This document shows, piece after piece, positions 25,712 to 37,011 of a stretch of DNA of 64,000 nucleotides. The DNA comes from Bacillota bacterium (GTDB taxonomy: Bacteria > Bacillota > Sulfobacillia > JAUYEF01). Positions within the stretch are counted from its first letter, which is position 1. Each line of letters opens with the position of its first letter. A program made the translations under genes and the position numbers. The notes beneath the pieces are model-generated. The model saw only the letters and a program-made list of their open reading frames with translations, did no database searches and was not told where the DNA came from. Location of the stretch: NCBI GenBank assembly GCA_030691635.1, contig JAUYEF010000428.1, positions 1,486 through 65,485 on the forward strand, given 5' to 3'.

Positions 25712-25740
25712 ACTATAACACCATGCGTTTTCGCTGTCAA
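25712..25740 (-). promoter_or_regulatory. Near-consensus sigma-A promoter with extended -10
   Basis: Minus strand: TTGACA (25740-25735), 17 nt ending in TGt, TATAGT (25717-25712). Confidence 0.6.
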
Positions 25741-25810
25741 CCCGTGTTTTTGTATTCGCCGGACGAATTTGGAGTTTTCTCACTAGCCGGCCAGCACGTA
25801 CGTTCCCGGG

Positions 25811-27088
25811 CTAAGCGGGCGCAATTCTCTGCGCGTTGTCCATATATGGTCTTAATACTTCCGGAATAGTCACCGTGCCGTCGGCGTTCTGGAAATTCTC
25901 GAGTATCGCTGCGAACGTACGCCCTATTGCAAGGCCTGATCCGTTGAGCGTATGCGCGTATTCGAGTTTCGCGCCCGGCGCCCGTCTGACCCTGATGTTC
26001 GCGCGTCTCGCCTGGAAGTCTTCGAAATTGCTGCAAGATGAGATTTCCTTATATCCGTTATAGCTGGGCAGCCAGACCTCAAGATCATAGGTTTTTGCCG
26101 ACGAGAAACTCATGTCGCCGCTCGACAGGCAGACCACCCTGTAGGCCAGGCCGAGCCCTTTCAGCACGTCCTCTGCGTCACTGGTGAGGCTCTCGAGTTC
26201 ATCGTATGACGTCTCCGGCAGGCAGAACTTGACCAGTTCCACCTTGTTGAACTGGTGATTGCGGATCAGGCCACGGGTGTCCTTGCCCGCAGCGCCCGCT
26301 TCTGCCCTGAAGCAGGCGCTGTACGCCGTGTAGTAAATGGGCAGCGCCGCCCCGTCCAGGACCTCGTCGCGGTGTATGTTCGTGAGAGGCACCTCCGCGG
26401 TGGGTATCAGGAAATAGTCGGTCCCGGCGACCCTGAACATGTCCGCCTCGAACTTCGGCAACTGGCCGGTGCCTGACATGGCCGCCCGGTTGGCCATAAA
26501 CGGCGGGAAGAGTTCCGTATACCCCCGCCGTGTCGTGTGCAGGTCCAGCATGTAGTTGACCAGCGCCCGCTCGAGACGCGCGCCCAGGCCCTTCAAGAAC
26601 ACAAACCGTGAGCCGGCCACCTTGCCGGCGCGCTCGAAGTCCAGCACTCCAAGCGCCGGGCCGAGGTCCCAGTGGGCCTTCGGCTCGAAATCGAACTCCG
26701 GAGGCTTGCCACATCGCCTTATCTCCACGTTGTACGTCGCGTCGACTCCGACGGGCACGGTGTCATGCGGGAGGTTGGGGATCAGCCACATCTTATCGTC
26801 GATCTGCTTTTCAATCTGGCCGAGTTGCTCGTCGAGCTCTTTGATGCGCTGCGATACATCCCTCATCTTGAGTATCAGAGCCTCGGCGTCCTTCTGCTGC
26901 TTCTTGTGCGCCGCTATCTGCTCTGACGTGCTGTTTCGCTCGCTCTTGAGCTTGTCGGCTTCGATTATGAGCGAACGCCTCTTTCCGTCCAGCGCAAGGA
27001 TTTCATCTATGTCGATCCCTGCGTTTTTCTTGGCGAGCCCTTCTTTGACCCTTTCAGGATTGGCCCTGATGAGCCTCAGATCCAACAT
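25811..27088 (-). CDS. serS: Serine--tRNA ligase
   Basis: 425-aa [24 protein letters not shown], an N-terminal coiled coil, and class II motifs ([37 protein letters not shown]). Confidence 0.95.
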   Translation of the reverse strand: MLDLRLIRANPERVKEGLAKKNAGIDIDEILALDGKRRSLIIEADKLKSERNSTSEQIAAHKKQQKDAEALILKMRDVSQRIKELDEQLGQIEKQIDDKMWLIPNLPHDTVPVGVDATYNVEIRRCGKPPEFDFEPKAHWDLGPALGVLDFERAGKVAGSRFVFLKGLGARLERALVNYMLDLHTTRRGYTELFPPFMANRAAMSGTGQLPKFEADMFRVAGTDYFLIPTAEVPLTNIHRDEVLDGAALPIYYTAYSACFRAEAGAAGKDTRGLIRNHQFNKVELVKFCLPETSYDELESLTSDAEDVLKGLGLAYRVVCLSSGDMSFSSAKTYDLEVWLPSYNGYKEISSCSNFEDFQARRANIRVRRAPGAKLEYAHTLNGSGLAIGRTFAAILENFQNADGTVTIPEVLRPYMDNAQRIAPA

Positions 27089-27140
27089 TCCGTTTACCTC
27101 CCTGCGCGACTGATTCGAGTGGCCTTACTGGCCCGGCCGC

Positions 27141-28172
27141 TCAGGCCTTGCTCGATCCTATCGCGCGCAAAGACTCCTCGAACGGTGGGTACACGATGCC
27201 CGCGTCGAACACGAGCGCCGTGATGTGCTGGTGCGGCGTCACGTCGAAGGCCGGGTTCAGCACGTCGACGTCCTCCGGCGCCACCCTGACGCCGGCCATC
27301 ATCCGCACTTCGTCCGCGTCTCTCTCCTCTATGACGATGGCGTCGCCCGCCGGCATCGAAAGGTCGACAGTCGAAGCCGGAGCCGCCACATAGAACGGTA
27401 TCCCGTGGTGCCTGGCAAGCACAGACAGGCCATATGTCCCTATCTTGTTCGCAGCGTCCCCGTTACGGGCGATCCGGTCGGCCCCGACGACGACTGCCTG
27501 CACTCGCTGCGTTTTCATCACGTGTGCGGCCATGTTGTCCGTTATGAGGGTGACCGGTATGCCGTCCTCCTGGAGTTCCCATGCGGTGAGCCTGGCCCCC
27601 TGCAGTAGGGGCCTCGTCTCGCATGCGATCACCCTGACGCCCTTGCCGGCCTCGTGAGCCGCTCGTACGACTCCCAGCGCGGTCCCGTAGCCCGCGGTCG
27701 CAAGCGCTCCTGCGTTGCAGTGGGTCATAACGGTCGCGCCTCTTGGGAGCAAAGCCGCGCCCGCGGCGCCGATGGCCTTGCACATGGCCAGGTCCTCCGC
27801 TGCGATCGCCGTCGCCTCCGCTACGAGCGCTTCGTACAGCGTCCCGCTCGGCTCCTCCACCTGGATGTTCGCGTCCAGCCTGAGGGCCCGGGCCAACATA
27901 CGGTTCACCGCCCACGACAGGTTGACCGCGGTGGGCCGCGCGTCCTTCAGGCCGCGTGCGGCATCATCCAGGCGGTCGCCCGCCCGTGCCGCGAGAGCCA
28001 TACCGAACGCAGCCGCCACGCCTATGGCAGGCGCGCCCCGCACAACCATGCGCCGCACAGCGTGCCGCACCTCCTGCCAGGTCGCGCAATTCACCCAGAC
28101 GGTCTCGCCTGGGAGTCTCCGCTGGTCAAGAAGCACCAGCGTATCCTGTTCGAACCTCACTGGCGACAGCAT
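27141..28172 (-). CDS. mtnA: S-methyl-5-thioribose-1-phosphate isomerase
   Basis: 343-aa [13 protein letters not shown]...[19 protein letters not shown] and [20 protein letters not shown]. Confidence 0.9.
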   Translation of the reverse strand: MLSPVRFEQDTLVLLDQRRLPGETVWVNCATWQEVRHAVRRMVVRGAPAIGVAAAFGMALAARAGDRLDDAARGLKDARPTAVNLSWAVNRMLARALRLDANIQVEEPSGTLYEALVAEATAIAAEDLAMCKAIGAAGAALLPRGATVMTHCNAGALATAGYGTALGVVRAAHEAGKGVRVIACETRPLLQGARLTAWELQEDGIPVTLITDNMAAHVMKTQRVQAVVVGADRIARNGDAANKIGTYGLSVLARHHGIPFYVAAPASTVDLSMPAGDAIVIEERDADEVRMMAGVRVAPEDVDVLNPAFDVTPHQHITALVFDAGIVYPPFEESLRAIGSSKA

Positions 28173-28973
28173 CTAGCCCATCCTTGACCGGACGATTGTC
28201 TCCTCGCACTCGCACGTGCGGTTTCTCGGCACTGCCTGGATGGTCGCATGGATGAGGGACTTGAGCTTATCCACGTTTTCGTTGAACACCCTGATCACCT
28301 CGTCGTGGGTGACGGGCTTGATATCGGGCCTGCCCTCAAGCCCTGCGTCGTAGTCGGTCACGAGCGCGACGGTCGCATAGCACATGCCGAGCTCCTTGGC
28401 CAGCGCGGCTTCAGGGTACTGCGTCATGCTGACAACATCCCAGCCCATGGCGGAGAACCAGCGGCTCTCCGCCTTAGTAGAGAATCGAGGGCCCTGGATG
28501 ACCACGATGGTTCCTCTGGGATAGTGGGGGATCCCGAGTTCCCGGGCTTTGGAGATCATCAGGCCCCGCAGGTCGGGGCAATACGGCTCGGCCATCGGCA
28601 CGTGTGTGGTCACCGGCCCGTCGTAGTATGTGTCCTTCCTGTTCCTGGTCCTGTCCACGAACTGGTCGCAGAACACGAACTCACCGGGCTTGATCCCCGG
28701 TTGCAGGCTGCCGCACGTGCACGGGCCTATCACTCGTCTGACACCGAGACTCCAGAGCGCCCATACGTTTGCCCGGTAATTGATGGCGTGCGCCGGGTAC
28801 TGGTGGTCCTTGCCGTGCCTCGGCAGGAAAGCCACTCGCCTGCCGGCCAGTGTGCCCAGCGCCACCTTGTCGCTGGGGGCGCCGTACGGGGTGTCCACTT
28901 TCATCTCTGACATGTCCTCGAGAAACCTGTAAAAGCCCGAGCCGCCGAAGACCCCGATCTCCGCCCTTTCCAT
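28173..28973 (-). CDS. mtnP: S-methyl-5'-thioadenosine phosphorylase
   Basis: The start is set to the ATG at 28973, behind GGGAGGG. IGVFGGSGFY...FLPRHGKDHQYPAHAINYRANVWAL. Its TAG stop abuts the mtnA ATG. Confidence 0.9.
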   Translation of the reverse strand: MERAEIGVFGGSGFYRFLEDMSEMKVDTPYGAPSDKVALGTLAGRRVAFLPRHGKDHQYPAHAINYRANVWALWSLGVRRVIGPCTCGSLQPGIKPGEFVFCDQFVDRTRNRKDTYYDGPVTTHVPMAEPYCPDLRGLMISKARELGIPHYPRGTIVVIQGPRFSTKAESRWFSAMGWDVVSMTQYPEAALAKELGMCYATVALVTDYDAGLEGRPDIKPVTHDEVIRVFNENVDKLKSLIHATIQAVPRNRTCECEETIVRSRMG

Positions 28974-29051
28974 CCAGAGACCCTCCCAATGTTGAATGTC
29001 CGGCGCAACCGCCACCGGCTGGGCCCGGAGTCAACGGGCCCTTTTCGAACG

Positions 29052-29297
29052 TAAACAAAAACCCCGTCCCTCAGGGACGGGGTATGCTCCCGCGTTGCCA
29101 CCCTGGTTGGAGGCCGCCACCAAAGTGGCGTGCCGCCCACCTCGAATGCCCTTTAACGGGGGCCCCGCCCGGCTTCGCGCCCGCTTCGCCGGAGGCTCCG
29201 GGGTGGATTCACCGATCCCCGCCTGGCTCGCACCCTCCGCCAGGTCACTTATCGCGGGGTAACTGGTTACTATTCCCGTCATCGCCGTGTTTTGATT
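29052..29297 (-). promoter_or_regulatory. T-box riboswitch leader, serine specifier UCC
   Basis: Stem I: GGC-GAUGA-CGGG-AAUAGUA ... AGUGA bulge, distal hairpin CCUGGC-GGAGGGUGCGA-GCCAGG ... GAA-UCC-A-CCCG-GA-GCC. The F-box CCGUUA is present. The T-box sequence is AACCAGGGUGGCAACGCGGGAG (bulge UGGC). The terminator is ACCCCGUCCC-UGA-GGGACGGGGU-UUUUGUUU (29083-29052). Confidence 0.8.
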
Positions 29298-29303
29298 GGC
29301 CCT

Positions 29304-29333
29304 ATTATATCCCACACCACAGCAAGCATGCAA
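29304..29333 (-). promoter_or_regulatory. Sigma-A promoter of the T-box leader
   Basis: Minus strand: TTGCAT (29333-29328), 18 nt, TATAAT (29309-29304). Confidence 0.55.
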
Positions 29334-29347
29334 TAACCTGCCGCTCA

Positions 29348-30808
29348 CTAGCCTTTAATCACTCCCATGGGCACGAGTCTCGCCACTTTCTTGCCGAGGC
29401 CAGCCTGTTCGGCGATGCCCACCACCAGGCTCACGTCCTTGTAGGCTTCGGGCGCTTCCTCAACGAGAGACCCCATGCTCTGGGCCTTGACGAAAATGCC
29501 CCTGGCCTTGAGTCCTGCAATCAAGTCCTGCGCGCGCAGGACTTTCTTCGCGCTCGCGCGGCTCATGGTGCGGCCCGCGCCGTGGCAGCAGGAGCCGAAC
29601 GTCTCCTGCATCGCGACGTCGGTCCCGGCCATCACGAACGAGCACCTGCCCATATCACCCGGCACCAGCACAGGCTGGCCGTGCTTCCTGTACGCCAGAG
29701 GCACGTCAGGGTGGCCTGGCCCGAACGCCCTGGTGGCGCCCTTCCGGTGGACACATACCGTGACGGGAGGCCCGCCCGGCCGCTCGGGATGCTTCTCGAT
29801 CTTGGCGATATTGTGGGCGACGTCGTACAGCAGGTCGAGCCCGAGTTCCGCCTCCGGCTTTCCGAGCGCGCGGGATATGGCCTGCCTGGCGAGGTGTGTC
29901 ATCACCTGACGGTTGGCCCACGCGTAGTTGGCCGCACAGCTCATGGCCGCGAAATACTGGCCACCCTCGGGCGACTTCACTGGCGCGCAGGCCAGCTGGC
30001 GGTCGGGCAGGCTGATGCCGTACTTCCCGACCGCGCCCGTCATCACCGAGATGTAGTCGGTGCATACCTGGTGGCCGAAGCCCCGGGAGCCGGAGTGTAT
30101 CTGGAAGGCGACGAATCCCTTTTTTAGCCCGTACGCTGCCGCAATGTCTTCGTCGTATACCTCTTCGATCTCCGATGCCTCTATGAAGTGATTGCCCGAG
30201 CCGAGCGTTCCGACCTGGGCGAGCCCCCGCTTGAACGCCTTGTCGCTGACCGCGGCGGCGTCGGCCTGCTTCATGCGCCCGTTTTCCTCACAGAACTCGA
30301 CATCGCGCTCGCGCCCGAACCCCTGTTCCACAGCCCAGGCGGCCCCCTCAGCGCAGATCCTCCTGAGGTCTCCGTGCGCCGTCTTGATGGCGCCCTTAGA
30401 GCCCACACCCGACGGGATCGCCGAGAAAAGCGCTCTCACCAGGCCCTCAAGTCTCTCCCGTGCCTGCTCTGCCGTCACGCGGGACGTTAGTATGCGCACA
30501 CCGCAGTTGATGTCGTACCCGACGCCGCCGGGCGAAATCACACCGTCATCAACCCTTGTGGCCGCGACTCCCCCGATCGCGAACCCGTACCCGAGGTGGA
30601 TATCAGGCATCGCGAGGCTGGCCCTGACTATTCCTGGCAGGAACGCCACGTTCGCGACCTGTTCCGGCGCTTCGTCCAGCCTCAGCGCGTCGAGGACCGC
30701 GCCGTCTGCGTAGATGACGCCCGGGACGCGCATGCCGGGCTTGTAGTCCCTGGGAATCTCGTACCTGCAAACACCCGCTTTTCTCAAGGGGCCTTTCCAC
30801 TCAGGCAT
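29348..30808 (-). CDS. rtcB: RNA-splicing ligase RtcB
   Basis: GVGYDINCGVR, HSGSRGFGHQV and CCHGAGR. The start is set to the second ATG (30808), behind an AAAGGAGG SD. Confidence 0.9.
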   Translation of the reverse strand: MPEWKGPLRKAGVCRYEIPRDYKPGMRVPGVIYADGAVLDALRLDEAPEQVANVAFLPGIVRASLAMPDIHLGYGFAIGGVAATRVDDGVISPGGVGYDINCGVRILTSRVTAEQARERLEGLVRALFSAIPSGVGSKGAIKTAHGDLRRICAEGAAWAVEQGFGRERDVEFCEENGRMKQADAAAVSDKAFKRGLAQVGTLGSGNHFIEASEIEEVYDEDIAAAYGLKKGFVAFQIHSGSRGFGHQVCTDYISVMTGAVGKYGISLPDRQLACAPVKSPEGGQYFAAMSCAANYAWANRQVMTHLARQAISRALGKPEAELGLDLLYDVAHNIAKIEKHPERPGGPPVTVCVHRKGATRAFGPGHPDVPLAYRKHGQPVLVPGDMGRCSFVMAGTDVAMQETFGSCCHGAGRTMSRASAKKVLRAQDLIAGLKARGIFVKAQSMGSLVEEAPEAYKDVSLVVGIAEQAGLGKKVARLVPMGVIKG

Positions 30809-30859
30809 GCGAGCGCCTCCTTTGCGGCCAGCCATGGGCCCAGCAGCCCTAAGACGTCT

Positions 30860-31303
30860 CTATACGTCAAACACGACCCTTGCCCTGAATCCGCCTGGGC
30901 CTGGGACCAGGGCGAGACCGTGCAGTGTCGCCGCCTTGACTTCACGGAACGGGCCATAACGCTTCACAGAATACCTGTCGCCGAGGCCCGTGGCAAGGAC
31001 CGTGACCCAGTCAAGGTGCGATGTTATGTCAACCGTGCACTCCACCGGAAGCAGAAGGCGTCGTGCATCAAGGGTGAAAAGCAGCTCATTCAGGAACGCC
31101 ACCAGAGACTCGTCAAGGCTCCGCCCGCCGGCCTCGACCACTACCGGAAGGAGCGGGCGGATAGCGGCATCTCCCTTGAAGCCCAGTGTAGCATAGAGCG
31201 CCGCGATCGCTCCCCGGAACACGTCCTCGAGTGTTGCCCCAGTGATCTCGGCGCCCGCATCTGCCGTATGTTCGATCTCTTCGATCCGAAAACCCTGGTT
31301 CAG
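30860..31303 (-). CDS. Archease (RtcB activator), apparent CTG start
   Basis: The frame upstream of the track ORF encodes [34 protein letters not shown]; the HTAD motif is essential to archease. There is no ATG/GTG/TTG upstream. The CTG at 31303-31301 overlaps the gyrA TGA and has an AGGAGG SD 7 nt upstream. Confidence 0.75.
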   Translation of the reverse strand: MNQGFRIEEIEHTADAGAEITGATLEDVFRGAIAALYATLGFKGDAAIRPLLPVVVEAGGRSLDESLVAFLNELLFTLDARRLLLPVECTVDITSHLDWVTVLATGLGDRYSVKRYGPFREVKAATLHGLALVPGPGGFRARVVFDV

Positions 31304-33732
31304 ACCTCGTCCTCCTTCGCCCGGACCACGCTGACCGCCGAGAGCGTGTCGCTTTCGGGCAGTTTCATCAGCGTGACCCCTTGAGCGTAGCGGCCGTGGG
31401 TGCGGAAGTCCGCGATGCTGACACGTATCACCGTGCCTTCGGCGGACACGAGCACCGCTTCATCGGTCTTGTCCACCACGCGAATGGCCGCCACAGGGCC
31501 GTTCCTCGCGCTGGTCTTGATGGCCAGCACGCCTTTTCCGCCCCTGGCATGCACCGGGAAATCGTCGAGCTGCACGAGCTTGCCGTAGCCGCGCGCGGTG
31601 ACCACAAAGAGCTCCTTACCTTGCTCATGGACATCAAGTCCGACGACCGAGTCTTCCTTGTCCAGGCGGATGCCGCGGACTCCCCTGGCGCTGCGGCCCA
31701 TCGCACGCACGTCACCCTCCGGGAAGTGGAGGCAGCGGCCGCGCTGTGTGGCTAGCAGGAGCTTCGACTCGCCACCGGTCATCCTGACGGAGATGAGCTC
31801 ATCGCCCTCCGACAGCGACAGCGCGATGAGCCCAGTCCTGCGGATGTTCTCGAACTCCGGAAGCCCTGTCCTCTTGACGGTCCCCATCTTGGTCGCGAAA
31901 AAGAGGTAGGACTCTGCGCTGACATCCCTAAGCGGGATCACGGCGGTCACCTTTTCGCCCTCCCCGAGCTCGAGGAGGTTCACCACAGCAGTGCCTTTTG
32001 CCTGGCGCCCGGCTTCCGGGATCTCGAAGCCCTTGAGCTGGAACACCTTGCCGCGGTTCGTGAAGAAGAGCATGTCGTGATGGGTGGTCGTCGCATAGAT
32101 GTTCACGACCACGTCCTCTTCACGCGTCCCCATGCCGGCGATGCCGCGGCCGCCTCTCTTCTGGTTCCGGTATGTGGACAGGGGAAGCCGCTTTATGTAG
32201 CCGAACTGGGTCATCGTCACGATGATGTCCTCTTCGGCGATTAGGTCCTCGACGTCCACGTCGGACTCCGCTTCGGTGATGCGAGTCCGTCTCGCGTCGG
32301 AGAACTTCTTTTTTATGTCGCCAAGCTCTTTCTTGATGATGCCATACACCATGCGCTCGCTCGCAAGCACCGCACGCAGGTACTCGATGAGCTTAACAAG
32401 CTCCTGGTACTCCTGCTCGATCTTCTCCCGCTCCAAGCCGGTCAGCCGCTTGATCTGCATGTCGAGTATGGCCTGGGCCTGCTTGTCGGAGAGCCCGAAC
32501 TCGGCCATCAGCCTCGACTGGGCTTCTTCGGTCGTCCGTGACTGGCGGATGAGCTGGATGATGCGGTCAAGGTTCGAAAGCGCGATGCGCAGTCCCTCAA
32601 GTATGTGGGCCCTTGCCTCGGCTCTCGCAAGCTCATGCCTGGTCCGGCGTATGACGACTTCCTTCTGGAACTCCAGGTAGTGGAATACTACATCCCTGAG
32701 CCCCAGCGTCTTGGGCTCCTGGTTGACCAGGGCGATCATTATGACACCGAACGTGGTCCTGAGCTGCGTGAACTTGTATATCTGGTTCAGGACAACGCGG
32801 TCGTTCGCGTCCCTCCTGAGGTCAATGACGATCCGCATCCCAGACCTGTCCGTCTCGTCGCGCAGGTCGGCGATGCCCTCAATCCTCCGGTCGCGGACCA
32901 GGTCTGCTATGGTTTCGATCAGCTTCGCCTTGTTCACCTGGAAAGGTAGCTCACTGATGATGATGCGCGGCCGGCCACCTGGGCCCGGCTCGATCCTTGC
33001 CACGCCGCTCATGGTTATGAGGCCGCGGCCGGTGGTGTATGCGTCCACTATCCCCTTGCGCCCCACGATGAGCCCACCGGTCGGGAAGTCAGGGCCTTTG
33101 ACGATCTTCATCAGGTCCTCGGTGGTGACCTCGGGCTTCTCTATCATCTTGAGGATCCCGTCGATCACTTCCCCCAGGTTGTGCGGGGGGATATTGGTAG
33201 CCATACCGACCGCGATGCCAGCAGACCCGTTCACCAGCAGGTTCGGGAAGCGGGACGGGAGCACGACCGGCTCCTTGAGCGATTCGTCGAAGTTCGGGGC
33301 GAAGTTGACCGTCTCTTTGTCGAGGTCCCGCAGCATCTCCAAAGATATCGGGGCGAGCCTGACCTCTGTGTACCGCATGGCCGCGGCTTCGTCGCCATCG
33401 ACCGATCCGAAGTTCCCATGGCCTTGGACAACCGGGTACCGGGTGGTGAAGTCCTGCGCCAGCCTGACCATGGCGTCGTAGACAGCGGGGTCAGAGTGGG
33501 GGTGGTACTTACCGAGCACCTCGCCGACCACACGCGCCGATTTCCTGAAGGGCTTGGTCGGCTCGAGTCCGAGGTCGTACATCGCGTAGAGTATCCGGCG
33601 CTGGACAGGCTTCAACCCGTCGCGCACGTCCGGCAGCGCTCTTGAGACTATGACGCTCATCGCATAATCCAGGTAGGATTTGCGTATCTCGTCCTCTATG
33701 TGGATTCCTACTACCTTGCTGGCCTCGTCCAA
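31300..33732 (-). CDS. gyrA: DNA gyrase subunit A
   Basis: 810-aa [29 protein letters not shown] and [18 protein letters not shown]. Confidence 0.97.
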   Translation of the reverse strand: MDEASKVVGIHIEDEIRKSYLDYAMSVIVSRALPDVRDGLKPVQRRILYAMYDLGLEPTKPFRKSARVVGEVLGKYHPHSDPAVYDAMVRLAQDFTTRYPVVQGHGNFGSVDGDEAAAMRYTEVRLAPISLEMLRDLDKETVNFAPNFDESLKEPVVLPSRFPNLLVNGSAGIAVGMATNIPPHNLGEVIDGILKMIEKPEVTTEDLMKIVKGPDFPTGGLIVGRKGIVDAYTTGRGLITMSGVARIEPGPGGRPRIIISELPFQVNKAKLIETIADLVRDRRIEGIADLRDETDRSGMRIVIDLRRDANDRVVLNQIYKFTQLRTTFGVIMIALVNQEPKTLGLRDVVFHYLEFQKEVVIRRTRHELARAEARAHILEGLRIALSNLDRIIQLIRQSRTTEEAQSRLMAEFGLSDKQAQAILDMQIKRLTGLEREKIEQEYQELVKLIEYLRAVLASERMVYGIIKKELGDIKKKFSDARRTRITEAESDVDVEDLIAEEDIIVTMTQFGYIKRLPLSTYRNQKRGGRGIAGMGTREEDVVVNIYATTTHHDMLFFTNRGKVFQLKGFEIPEAGRQAKGTAVVNLLELGEGEKVTAVIPLRDVSAESYLFFATKMGTVKRTGLPEFENIRRTGLIALSLSEGDELISVRMTGGESKLLLATQRGRCLHFPEGDVRAMGRSARGVRGIRLDKEDSVVGLDVHEQGKELFVVTARGYGKLVQLDDFPVHARGGKGVLAIKTSARNGPVAAIRVVDKTDEAVLVSAEGTVIRVSIADFRTHGRYAQGVTLMKLPESDTLSAVSVVRAKEDEV

Positions 33733-33801
33733 TCGGGCACTCCACTCCTTGGCGTTCGCCGCATCCGCCCGGCCCCGGGAGCGCTGGGCGGCAGCCCTGC
33801 A

Positions 33802-35730
<1,929 letters not shown>

Positions 35731-35856
35731 CTAACCTCCCAGGCAAAGATCACTCCTAATTATACCACAAGGGCCTGATTAAGCAGCAATTTGGACAGCC
35801 GGCAAGCAGGCCGGAACAACATGGAGATAACCCGGCGAGATGCGTCCAGATTGAGC

Positions 35857-36111
35857 CTAGAGAAGTTTTGCGGGCACGCCGATGGTTCTCTTGCTCAACG
35901 TCAACGCTGAGATGGGAGAGAGGTAGACGCGGTCGTTGATTATCACAAACGACTTCGGATCACCTTCAGAGATGTCCTCAAGGACCCCTTCGTCTTTCAT
36001 CACAGTGAGAAACTCCCTGGTCGCGGGAGACAGGTCTGCCGCCCGCAGGTCTATGATCGCTATGATGTCGTCCGACCTGACACTCCTGTCAGCTCCGACG
36101 TGCAGGAACAT
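35857..36111 (-). CDS. remB: Extracellular matrix regulator RemB (DUF370)
   Basis: 84-aa ORF (IIAIIDL...KSFVIINDRVYLSPISALTL), located between recF and gyrB as in B. subtilis. Confidence 0.8.
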   Translation of the reverse strand: MFLHVGADRSVRSDDIIAIIDLRAADLSPATREFLTVMKDEGVLEDISEGDPKSFVIINDRVYLSPISALTLSKRTIGVPAKLL

Positions 36112-36132
36112 TATTCATGCCTCCGTTGTTGA

Positions 36133-37011
36133 CTATGTCTTCTGGGCCCTGGAGCTTCGCTTGTCCGGCACCGCCTGGTCTACCGCCTCTTCGGTCAGGC
36201 TCTCAGGGGGTGTGTTCGTCAGAAGCATGGCGAGTTTCGCCCTCGCCAACCGCAAACTGCTCTGGGATGACTTCGTGCGCTTGGCCCTCAAGTCTTTGAC
36301 CTCTTTGGACCAGACCGATAGCAGGATGTCTCTCGCGGTCAGGTATTCCTCTTCGCCCAGACAGGGGGCGATCTCCTTCAGGCCATGCGCGTCGAGCCAC
36401 GGTACTTCGGAAAGAAGAGAAAGGGCCTTCCCCTGGTTCATCCGCTTTTCCTGTGTCCGGCACGCCGTGCAGAGCCCGCCTTCGCCGAGCGCGCCGCACA
36501 CAGGGCAGGGGAGCATACCGCTTGCCCTGAGCACACTATCCCTTTTCGCCGCCGTCATGAGTAGTCTCTGCAGAGCGGCTCTCGCGTTATCATCCTGTGC
36601 GTGCAGCAGGAGCGCCTGAATGCGTCGCCACTCTTCATCCTGGAGGGGCATGGTCTTGAGCTTGTGCCGCCCGGGCCACTCTATGACGCGGCCAGGCTCC
36701 TCTGCGGTATCGGCCGTGGACCTTCCAGTCCGGCCCGAGAACCTTATGTCCTTTATGTACTCGCCGCCAAGAAGCGAATTCAGCCGGCGGAGGATCGTCG
36801 GCTTGAGGAGATGAAGCTCCTGCCGCCAGGCAGGGCTCTCCGCCGCGACCAGCAAGCAACTGGACGATACGCCGACCGGCTTCGCCCTGGCGGCGACGCG
36901 TTCGCCGACCGCCTCCGCCCAGACAGAAAGCGCTGCCCACCGCATGGCCTGCGGCCATAGGCCTTGCTTCTTCAGCAGAGTCTCGATCGTCGCTGCAACC
37001 TGCTCAGCCAC
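36133..37011 (-). CDS. DUF721/DciA-like protein with a long zinc-ribbon C-terminal extension
   Basis: The N-terminal ~100 aa (WPQAMRWAALSVWAEAVGERVAARAKPVGVSSSCLLVAAESPAWRQELHLLKPTILRRLNSLLGGEYIKDIRF) fit DUF721. About 190 aa follow, containing CPVCGALGEGGLCTAC. Confidence 0.65.
   Translation of the reverse strand: MAEQVAATIETLLKKQGLWPQAMRWAALSVWAEAVGERVAARAKPVGVSSSCLLVAAESPAWRQELHLLKPTILRRLNSLLGGEYIKDIRFSGRTGRSTADTAEEPGRVIEWPGRHKLKTMPLQDEEWRRIQALLLHAQDDNARAALQRLLMTAAKRDSVLRASGMLPCPVCGALGEGGLCTACRTQEKRMNQGKALSLLSEVPWLDAHGLKEIAPCLGEEEYLTARDILLSVWSKEVKDLRAKRTKSSQSSLRLARAKLAMLLTNTPPESLTEEAVDQAVPDKRSSRAQKT

Noticed and set aside
27089-27140. Independent promoter, terminator or T-box directly upstream of serS
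   Set aside because: The gap is only 52 nt and holds just an SD (GGGAGG), with no hairpin plus T-tract. I therefore treat serS as co-transcribed with mtnPA.
29052-29297. SAM (S-box/SAM-IV) riboswitch upstream of mtnP, and a glycine (GGC) specifier reading
   Set aside because: A SAM riboswitch was expected from the mtn context, but the conserved SAM-I/IV cores cannot be built. The GGC in GUUAAAGGGCAUUCGAG belongs to the F-box/Stem II region. The canonical Stem I places GAA-UCC-A in the specifier loop, and the UGGC bulge fits G73 of tRNA-Ser, not U73 of tRNA-Gly or A73 of tRNA-Met.
28850-30127. 425-aa plus-strand ORF
   Set aside because: It is a shadow ORF antisense to mtnP, the T-box leader and rtcB. 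It has no recognisable motifs and a Pro/Arg/Gly-rich composition.
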